NCBI GenBank assembly: GCA_947085205.1
Contig: CAMTVO010000034.1
Span: 1-44,088, forward strand
DNA length: 44,088 bases
Source of the DNA: an uncultured Nitrospiraceae bacterium
GTDB lineage: Bacteria; Nitrospirota; Thermodesulfovibrionia; Thermodesulfovibrionales; Dissulfurispiraceae
Reading direction: 5' to 3'
Of the stretch, positions 36,378 through 44,088 are shown one piece after another. The notes under the pieces are model-generated. The model was not told the DNA's origin and did no database searches. It saw only the letters and a program-made list of their open reading frames with translations. The stretch's first letter is position 1. Every line of letters starts with the position of its first letter. Made by a program: the position numbers and the translations under genes.

Positions 36378-37442
36378 ATGAAGTTCGAAATAAGAAATAG
36401 GTCTGTCGGAGACAATCATCCAGTTTTTATAATCGCTGAGCTTTCAGCAAATCACCAGCAGAAGTTTGATTTAGCAGTAGAGACAATAAAAGCCATAAAG
36501 GAATCCGGCGCGAATGCCGTTAAACTTCAGACCTATACTCCTGATACCATGACAATAGACTGTGATAACGAATATTTTCAGATAAAGCAAGGAACAATAT
36601 GGGATGGGAAAACACTTTATCAGTTATATAAGGAGGCATATACTCCATGGGAATGGCAGCCGAAACTGAAAGAAATAGCTGAAGATTTAGGACTTATATG
36701 CTTTTCCTCTCCGTTTGATAAAACCGCTGTGGATTTCTTAGAAGAAATGAAAGTTCCGGCGTATAAGATCGCATCGTTCGAGATAACCGACACACCGCTG
36801 ATAGAATACATTGCCTCAAAGGGAAAGCCTGTAATTATATCAACAGGAATAGCAACACTTTCTGATATAAAGGAAGCTGTTGATGCATGCAAAAGAATGG
36901 GGAATGAACAGATAGCCCTTTTAAAGTGCACATCGGCATATCCAGCACCTCTTGAAGAAGTTAATTTAAGGACAATTCCAGATATGACAGAAACCTTTAA
37001 AACTATTGTGGGATTATCAGACCATACTTTAGGGATTTCAGCGCCCATTGCAGCGGTTGCGCTTGGAGCAAAGATTATAGAGAAACATTGCATATTGGAC
37101 AGAAAACTGGGGGGGCCTGACTCTGTCTTTTCCCTTGAACCGGAAGAGTTTAAAGCAATGGTAAAAGCAGTAAGAGAAGTGGAAAAGGCACTTGGAGTTA
37201 TAAGCTATGAACTGACAGAGAAAGTAAAAAAGAGCAGAGAATTTGCCCGCTCTTTGTTTGTGGTTAAAGATATTAAAGCAGGTGAGGTTTTTACAGAAGA
37301 AAATATAAGGTCTATAAGACCCGGATTCGGGCTGCATCCAAGATATCTAAAAGACATAATCGGCAAAAAGGCAAAGCAGGACATACAAAAAGGAACGGCT
37401 TTAAGTTGGGATTGCTCGGAATTTAGGTTCAGAGGATGTTGA
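36378..37442 (+). CDS. pseI: Pseudaminic acid synthase
   Basis: IAELSANH, KLQTYTPDT, TPWEW, YKIASFE, KCTSAYP, GLSDHT and a C-terminal SAF domain (SIRPG.GL.P). Confidence 0.92.
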   Translation: MKFEIRNRSVGDNHPVFIIAELSANHQQKFDLAVETIKAIKESGANAVKLQTYTPDTMTIDCDNEYFQIKQGTIWDGKTLYQLYKEAYTPWEWQPKLKEIAEDLGLICFSSPFDKTAVDFLEEMKVPAYKIASFEITDTPLIEYIASKGKPVIISTGIATLSDIKEAVDACKRMGNEQIALLKCTSAYPAPLEEVNLRTIPDMTETFKTIVGLSDHTLGISAPIAAVALGAKIIEKHCILDRKLGGPDSVFSLEPEEFKAMVKAVREVEKALGVISYELTEKVKKSREFARSLFVVKDIKAGEVFTEENIRSIRPGFGLHPRYLKDIIGKKAKQDIQKGTALSWDCSEFRFRGC

Positions 37443-37453
37443 GGTATTAGGAA

Positions 37454-39460
37454 ATGGCGGAATTAACTACTGACGGCAAAAAACAGGATTTGAAAGTATT
37501 TTTTGATGAAATTGAGAAGTCCATTCGTAGTATTGATAATCAGTATGACTTCTTAAAACAGATTGAGCATATTGTTGCTAAAATGGATGAAATCTCTGAG
37601 CCTAATGAAAATCCTTTTTTTAACGAAGCATTTTTGAATCTATTACGGGATAAGATTTTTCTGTTTTTTATAAGCAGGCAGGCATTTGATATAACTTGTT
37701 TTAAATTATATCCATTATTTGACCCTTCAAATTTGAAATTATCTGCACATCAAGATATGAGCATACTTAAGAATACCCTATTGTTAAGGTATGAAAAACT
37801 TGACAATCTTAATAAACAAATAGCGCTGTTAATAATTTTGCTTATAGACATTCTAAATCAATATAGAGGCGAAGGTATCAGTGATTTTATTGCCCGTTAT
37901 ACAGATATAGACATGACTACAAAGGAATTTGGCGATGTGTTAGATATTTTAGACATTACACCAGATGAAATTGTGGATATTTATATCAAATCTGGAACCC
38001 TTGCGCCAAATATCTTTATGAGTAAAGATATTGTGACCCGGAAAAAAAAATTATTGTTTCTACTTCATATATGGGAGATATTTAAGTCCCCTATTTGTTA
38101 TAACAAACTTTACGAACCATTGAAGGCACTTTTTTACGAAGCCATAAGGTCAAGAAATACAGAGCTTATTTTATATATAGGCTTTTTCATTTGCTTTTAT
38201 TACGAAAATCTCCATGACAACTTTACAGCATGGAAGATGCTTGATAAGGAAATAAAGAAGCCAATGAGTGATTTTTTTGTTCAGTATTGCAGGGATAATC
38301 ATATAAAGCAATGCGATAGAACTCCGGAAAAAGGCAAAAAGATAAAGGTAGGCTATGCTGACAGGCGATTGCTTCTATCCTCTCCTATGTGTGTTTTATT
38401 GTCCTTAGTGCAAGGTCATTTTATCAATAAAAATCCTGATATGGAATTTTATGTTTATGGCTATGATTATAAAGAGCAAATTGGTGATTCCATAGAAATC
38501 ATAAATTACATAAAATCTATGGGGTTTGAATGCATCAGTGCAGGGGAGTTGGGTAACTTTGATGATTTTTATTATTCACACTTTGAGAAGGCAATGGCAT
38601 TAAGGAGAAGGATAATAGAGGATGGAATAGATATACTTATCACCACAGGAACGTCGATTGACAATTTCCTTGTCTCCTCAAGGGTTGCGCCAATTCAGAT
38701 ATACTGGTCGCATATAAACCCGTATTGGAGCGTTAACAATCTTGATTACAGGATAATTCATGCAAGCGTGGATTCAGTGATAAAAGGCTTTTATCATGAT
38801 GTTGAATATTTCAGATTTCCTGCCCCTATGGCAAAGGAATTTTTAAATCCACCTGTTTCAGATCAAGCGATTGAACATGTTAGAAAAAAATTTCCCGAAG
38901 GCAAGACTATTCTTGGATTTATAGGAAGACTTGTCAAGGCATACAGCAGCGATTACCTATTTGCAGTGTCCGAGATTTTGAGAAGGAATCCAGATACTAT
39001 TTTTTTATTTTGTGGTAGTGGAGAACAAGAACCAATCAGAAAATATTTTGAAAAAGTGGGTTGTATTGATAGGGTTTATTTTGAAGGGCATGTCTCTCCC
39101 CATGTATATGGACATATAATTGATATAGCCATTAATTCATTCCCCACTTCTATGGGCAATGCAGCCAATGAGTTTTTGGCAAAGGGCAAGCCTGTGGTTT
39201 CTATGATAAGCCCTTTTAGTGGAACCGAAGAAATAAGGGATTTTATATTAAAAGCTAAAAAGGATAAGATTGGCGGAGAGATATGGGCTGATTCTACGGA
39301 GGAATATATCAGGATAGCAGGTGATTTTATAAAGGATAAAGATTACAGGGACAAGGTTGGCAAAAAGGAACAGGAAATCATAAGACGGATATATGATTGC
39401 CAGAAATCAGCAAGCCAGCTTGAGACATTATTTATATCTTTAGCCGAGAGAAAATCATAA
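37454..39460 (+). CDS. Putative protein glycosyltransferase (helical N-terminus plus GT41/GT-B-like domain)
   Basis: IKVGY, I.EDGIDIL, RVAPIQIYW, GRLVK and NSFP..GN...E....GKPVV resemble OGT/SPINDLY-type catalytic domains. Confidence 0.65.
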   Translation: MAELTTDGKKQDLKVFFDEIEKSIRSIDNQYDFLKQIEHIVAKMDEISEPNENPFFNEAFLNLLRDKIFLFFISRQAFDITCFKLYPLFDPSNLKLSAHQDMSILKNTLLLRYEKLDNLNKQIALLIILLIDILNQYRGEGISDFIARYTDIDMTTKEFGDVLDILDITPDEIVDIYIKSGTLAPNIFMSKDIVTRKKKLLFLLHIWEIFKSPICYNKLYEPLKALFYEAIRSRNTELILYIGFFICFYYENLHDNFTAWKMLDKEIKKPMSDFFVQYCRDNHIKQCDRTPEKGKKIKVGYADRRLLLSSPMCVLLSLVQGHFINKNPDMEFYVYGYDYKEQIGDSIEIINYIKSMGFECISAGELGNFDDFYYSHFEKAMALRRRIIEDGIDILITTGTSIDNFLVSSRVAPIQIYWSHINPYWSVNNLDYRIIHASVDSVIKGFYHDVEYFRFPAPMAKEFLNPPVSDQAIEHVRKKFPEGKTILGFIGRLVKAYSSDYLFAVSEILRRNPDTIFLFCGSGEQEPIRKYFEKVGCIDRVYFEGHVSPHVYGHIIDIAINSFPTSMGNAANEFLAKGKPVVSMISPFSGTEEIRDFILKAKKDKIGGEIWADSTEEYIRIAGDFIKDKDYRDKVGKKEQEIIRRIYDCQKSASQLETLFISLAERKS

Positions 39461-40518
39461 TGGGATACACCAAATTAAGTCTAATTTTTATAAGGGAGCT
39501 GATACGAAAAGGCATTTTCAAGAATATCAAGTCAGTGATAGAACTCGGATCGTTAGATATTCAGGCAGATTATAATGAGGTTGTGAACTTTTTTGATTCA
39601 TTAAATTTCAGGTATGAAAAAGAGAGATTGCAGGAAAGGATGAGAAGTGACAGGATTCCTGCAAAAATATTGTATGTGGGAATAGGAATTAAACAATATA
39701 AATGTGTAGATACAGACGGATTTCATGGTTGTTATCAATTCGATCTGAATGAAGATGTAGGTAGGGTATATGGATATGATGAAAAGTTTGACTTGGTAAC
39801 AAATCTTGGAACAGGTGAACATATTTTTAATCAATATGCTTTTTTCAAAAATATACACGATCTATGCAAAGTTAATGGGTTTATGCTTCATGGATTGCCT
39901 ATGCAGGGATTTATTAACCATGGATTTTACAACTACAACCCGCGCCTTTTTTATTCATTGGCAAAATCAAATGGCTACATTTTAGAGGGTATATGGATTG
40001 CTGATAACGTGAAGAATACTATTGTCGAGTATGCAGACAGGGATGCAGATAAAGTTTTAAAAGAATCTTATGTAAACTCGTCAGAGGGCATCGTAATACT
40101 TATATTACTTAAAAAAACAGAAGGCAATGAATTCAGTCTTCCATTTCAAGGTTCGTATTTAGAGTTAATACAAAATGATCATATAAAAGAAAAATATTTG
40201 AGTAAAAATATTCCTGCTGTTTTTAGGAGTTTTGTATCCAACCGTAATATAAAAGGAGTTGCCATATTTGGCACTGAAAAAGCAGGGACATTAGCTCACG
40301 AATTTTGTAAATATGCAGATATAAAAGTTATTTGTTTTATTGATGATTTTAAAAAAGGAGTATTTAATGATATTCCAATTGTAGATTGGGAAACCTTTGT
40401 AGGTAAATATCAAAAAGAGGTTGATTTTATAATTAAAGGGCCATATCAGCATGGTTCTTTGGAAGACAGGCATGCATTATGTGTTGAGGTTAAAGAACTA
40501 AAGGATTGTTATTTCTGA
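39460..40518 (+). CDS. Class I SAM methyltransferase-like protein with C-terminal Rossmann-like domain
   Basis: VIELGS, FDLVTNLGTGEHIFNQ and HGFYNY. C-terminal VAIFG..FIDD. Confidence 0.7.
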   Translation: MGYTKLSLIFIRELIRKGIFKNIKSVIELGSLDIQADYNEVVNFFDSLNFRYEKERLQERMRSDRIPAKILYVGIGIKQYKCVDTDGFHGCYQFDLNEDVGRVYGYDEKFDLVTNLGTGEHIFNQYAFFKNIHDLCKVNGFMLHGLPMQGFINHGFYNYNPRLFYSLAKSNGYILEGIWIADNVKNTIVEYADRDADKVLKESYVNSSEGIVILILLKKTEGNEFSLPFQGSYLELIQNDHIKEKYLSKNIPAVFRSFVSNRNIKGVAIFGTEKAGTLAHEFCKYADIKVICFIDDFKKGVFNDIPIVDWETFVGKYQKEVDFIIKGPYQHGSLEDRHALCVEVKELKDCYF

Positions 40519-40536
40519 AGAGGGTAAATTGATAGA

Positions 40537-41652
40537 ATGAAAAAATCGGTCTTGTTTGTAATTGACATCCTGAAATACGGAGGCGCTCAGAGGGTTTTGT
40601 TGAATCATGCAAAATTCCTGAAAAGGCAGGGCTTTAAGGTATCTGTCTTTTCTATAAAAGACGATATGGGATTCAATATTCCTGAAGGCATTAATGTGTA
40701 TAAGGCTTTAAGCAGAGACCAGAAGATAACCGAAAATATATTTTATGTTTTGGAAAAATTGAATGGAGTGGTTAAGAGGCATGATTTAATAATCGGCTTC
40801 ATGGATTTTATAACAAACTATATCACTGTTCTGTCATCAAAGATTAATAAAAAGCCTGTATTTATTTCTGTACGCAATACCCTGAGCGAGGAGATAAGGA
40901 AGTTCGATTATAAGCGCATAAATCATGATTTAACGACTCTTACATACAACATGGCTGATAAGGTAATATGCCCTGCCAGACATGTTCAGAACGATGTTGT
41001 TTCAAATTTCAATATACCCAGAAGAAAAACAAAGGTTTTGTATAATCCTGTCGATATAAAACTAATAAGCGCATTAAAGAGACAAAAGACTGAGCCTGAG
41101 CATGGAGAGGCTTTTACTGGAAAGACTATTTTAAGCATGGGACGACTCGAAAGGCAAAAAAACTTTAAAAACCTTATTTATGCCTTTAGAAACTTGCGTA
41201 AACATTATAAGGAAGATGTAAAACTCGTTATCATAGGCGAAGGGAGCTTGAGGGAGGAGTTAGAAAATGTTGTTGAGAGGACAGGGTTAAGAAAGAAAGT
41301 GTTTCTAATAGGAAAACAGCACAATATATACAAATTTCTGTATCACTCTGACCTGTTTATTCTCCCATCCATTTATGAAGGTATGCCCAATGTTGTTTTA
41401 GAGGCTATGGCAGTCGGAGTGCCGGTTGTTGCTTCAAGCCTGCCTCCGTTAAGGGAGGTGATCTCTGACGGCAAAAACGGCTTACTATTTGAGACAAACA
41501 ATATAAAAGATATGAGCAAAAAGATATTGTCTCTGCTGACCGATACTAAAAAAGCAGAGAAGATTAAAGGAAGGGCTTTTAAGGATATAGAGAGCTATGA
41601 TATTGATAGGATTGGCTTGCAGTTAATGGATATTTTAGGTCTTAGAGGATGA
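40537..41652 (+). CDS. Glycosyltransferase family 4
   Basis: GGAQRV, GRL..QKNF and PSIYEGMPNVVLEAMA (ExE motif). Confidence 0.92.
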   Translation: MKKSVLFVIDILKYGGAQRVLLNHAKFLKRQGFKVSVFSIKDDMGFNIPEGINVYKALSRDQKITENIFYVLEKLNGVVKRHDLIIGFMDFITNYITVLSSKINKKPVFISVRNTLSEEIRKFDYKRINHDLTTLTYNMADKVICPARHVQNDVVSNFNIPRRKTKVLYNPVDIKLISALKRQKTEPEHGEAFTGKTILSMGRLERQKNFKNLIYAFRNLRKHYKEDVKLVIIGEGSLREELENVVERTGLRKKVFLIGKQHNIYKFLYHSDLFILPSIYEGMPNVVLEAMAVGVPVVASSLPPLREVISDGKNGLLFETNNIKDMSKKILSLLTDTKKAEKIKGRAFKDIESYDIDRIGLQLMDILGLRG

Positions 41653-41694
41653 GTATGGACAGAGTTGGAAATATTTTGGGGATATAAGATATAA

Positions 41695-42981
41695 ATGGAT
41701 AATTTAAAAGAAAAATTGGCCAAATCAGGATGGGTTCTTACCAATGAAAATTTTAAGCCTCCATTTGATTTTAAGGAGGAATTGCGATATAACCTTATAG
41801 GTTACTCAGTAAGTATTTTAGCTATTATTCCTTTATTGGTAGTTTTAGTATTTCTGTACTTTTATCTTAGGTTTAAAGGAAAGAACAAAAGACCCAGCAT
41901 GTTGTTTGGAACGCATGCGGTAATTACCTTTAAACTGCTTAAGAAAGTATTGGAAGAAGAACATGACTGCACTATTTTTGCCTTCAAAGATGATTTTCAC
42001 AAAGTGGAAAATATCGATGTTATAACTGCCGAAGATATTATGCCGAAATGGATTGCCAAAAAGTACCCGTATCTTCTGGGCAGGTACTTGGCTTTTGTCT
42101 GGGCGCTTAAAAACTATGACATTTTTCACCTTTATTTTGACGGCGGTTTTTTGGACAGAACCATATGGTGGAGATTAGAGCCGATTATTTATCAACTCTT
42201 TGGGAAAAAAGTCATTTTATATCCGTATGGAGCTGATGTTCTGGATATTTTAAGGCATAACAACTATATATACAAATTTGGAATGATGACTTTTAGTTCG
42301 AAATACTTCAATCTGGATTTCAAGAGAATCCGAAGAAATTACTGGTGGAGCAAATATGTTAATTTTGTTGTTGGTGGAGGAGACTCTGTTTATTATATGC
42401 CGAGGGTTGATGTATGGTCATATAATATAGGTTTTGTGAAGAATAAGTTGATAGATTATTATTTCCCAGAAATCACAGATGGAATAAACATAATTCATTA
42501 TGCAAATCATGATGTAAGGAAAGGCAGCGCTGTAATTAAAAAAGAAGTAGAAAGATTGATAGCCGGGGGATATAAAATTAATTATATGTTTATGCATCAA
42601 AGACCATACGGTGAAGTAATCGAACTGCTTAAACGCTCTCATATATTCATAGAAAATATAACACAGGGGTTCATCGGACCGGCAGCAGTAACAGAAGCTG
42701 CAATGAATGGGAAGATCTGTCTTGTTTACTCTAAAGACGGAATGGAGCGTTTATATAAATTCATATGTCCTGATTATTATAAAGATTTCTTTGATAATTC
42801 TCCTTTGATAAATGTTGATCAAAATAGTTTGTACGATAAATTAAAAAATCTGTTGGACAAAGATGAGGCGGAGTTGAAAACTTTAAGTCATGAAACACGG
42901 GATTTCGCCGAAAAAGTTATTAGAGCTAATGAGGAAGCTTATAAGTTATGTATAAGCAGTATTGTCAATAATGGAGGTTAA
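41695..42981 (+). CDS. Putative GT-B glycosyltransferase-like protein with N-terminal TM
   Basis: YGAD, H.ANH..RKGS and EAAMNGK. Cluster context. Confidence 0.6.
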   Translation: MDNLKEKLAKSGWVLTNENFKPPFDFKEELRYNLIGYSVSILAIIPLLVVLVFLYFYLRFKGKNKRPSMLFGTHAVITFKLLKKVLEEEHDCTIFAFKDDFHKVENIDVITAEDIMPKWIAKKYPYLLGRYLAFVWALKNYDIFHLYFDGGFLDRTIWWRLEPIIYQLFGKKVILYPYGADVLDILRHNNYIYKFGMMTFSSKYFNLDFKRIRRNYWWSKYVNFVVGGGDSVYYMPRVDVWSYNIGFVKNKLIDYYFPEITDGINIIHYANHDVRKGSAVIKKEVERLIAGGYKINYMFMHQRPYGEVIELLKRSHIFIENITQGFIGPAAVTEAAMNGKICLVYSKDGMERLYKFICPDYYKDFFDNSPLINVDQNSLYDKLKNLLDKDEAELKTLSHETRDFAEKVIRANEEAYKLCISSIVNNGG

Positions 42982-42982
42982 T

Positions 42983-44001
42983 ATGGAGTTGCCGGATCTT
43001 GATGGCATAAAAAGCACATTGCAGTATTTTGTCTTTCCCAAGCTTTTAGTTGCAGAAACAACTACTAAATGCAATTTGCGGTGTATTATGTGCCCAAGAA
43101 AATCTCTGACAAGAAAATTGGGAGATATGAAATTTGAGACATGGAAAAAAATTATTGATGAAGTTGCAGAGATTGATCCGAAGGTTGAAATCTGGCCTGC
43201 AATTATGGGAGAGCCTCTTTTATTGGGTGAAAAACTCATAAAATTTATTTCCTATGCCAAGAAAAAAGGCATTGAAAGAATCATTCTTAACACTAATGCC
43301 AATTTCATGAATGAAGAAATCGGAGTTAAGCTTGTTGAGAGTGGAGTTGATCAAATTATTTTTGGAATAGATGCAAATAGCACCGATGTTTATAATAAAA
43401 TCTGCATCGGTGGGGATCTCAAACAAGTTAAAGTAAATATATCATATCTTTCAGATTATCTGTATAAGCATAATCTTAAAAAACCACTTCTAATCGCACA
43501 GTTTATAGAAATGGATGAAAACACTCATGAGAGAGAGCTATTTAAAAAAGAATGGCTGGGGAAAGGGGTTGCAGTTAAATTGCGAAGAAAGCTTGGTTGG
43601 GGGTGGGGCGTAAAAGCGGATAATTTAAAATTTGAGGTAAAAAAAGAATTCCATGCCCATGGATTATGAGGACAATGAGTATTCACTGGAATGGGAGAAT
43701 TACTCAATGTGATGCTGATTTTGACGGACAGTTCTATGCTGGAGATATAAAGTCAAATGCCTTAAAAGAAGTATGGGATGGAGAGTTGAAGAAAAGAAGG
43801 AATTTGCACTGGAAAGAGACATGGCCTAATTTGCCATGCAGCAAATGCAATGACTGGAAGGCAGGTTTTTCAGAATTCTACTTGCCTGAAGAACCAGAAC
43901 AAATATTGTACAAACCTGAATTGGATAAAAAATTATTTAGCGAGCAAGAGGGGTATAATCAAAAAGTGTGTAAAAACATAGGCGGTGTATCCTATAATTA
44001 A
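42983..44001 (+). pseudogene. Radical SAM/SPASM protein split by a frameshift at A7 (43639-43645)
   Basis: CNLRCIMC motif in 42983-43669. The -1 frame from 43645 reads RIPCPWIMRTMSIHWNG..QCD...CSKC, a SPASM domain whose first Cys precedes the 43666 ATG. Confidence 0.8.
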
Positions 44002-44037
44002 TGACCAATTAATTAAAGAAAGGAGGACACACCACCT

Positions 44038-44088
44038 ATGGGGAATAGTAGCATTGAGACAGGCAAGCAGTCAAGGGTAACCTATGAT
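44038..44088 (+). CDS. Start of a CDS truncated by the window edge
   Basis: AGGAGG followed by ATG 44038, open to the end of the window. Confidence 0.45.
   Translation, partial: MGNSSIETGKQSRVTYD

Overview
The window has three parts. (1) 1-4.7 kb: host genes on the minus strand (larC, TolC-family protein, MacA-like adaptor, ABC ATPase), with short 7-8 nt tandem repeats scattered through them. (2) ~4.8-24.0 kb: a ~19.2 kb integrative element inserted in tRNA-Thr(CGT). Unusually, the 5' half of the tRNA is the duplicated part. All element genes lie on the + strand. They include a RepA-type (AAA_25) helicase, a putative initiator followed by iterons, a MOBF (TrwC-like) relaxase with a candidate oriT, a RHH protein, a TrwB/TraD coupling protein, an excisionase and a tyrosine integrase. 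No mating-pore genes were recognised, so it looks like an integrative mobilizable, possibly replicative, element. The most striking signal is a 13-bp motif, AATGCATATATAT, found nine times in one orientation, only inside the element, and always just upstream of a gene start. The element's first gene resembles a degenerate ECF sigma factor and sits behind a sigma-54-type promoter with enhancer-like sites. This suggests (inference) a host sigma-54 -> element sigma-like factor -> nine-promoter cascade. (3) 24.3-44.1 kb: a pseudaminic-acid/nonulosonic-acid biosynthesis and glycosylation cluster behind a sigma-54-type promoter, with many tailoring enzymes and a radical SAM/SPASM gene split at an A7 tract. 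All calls come from reading motifs by eye; no searches were run.
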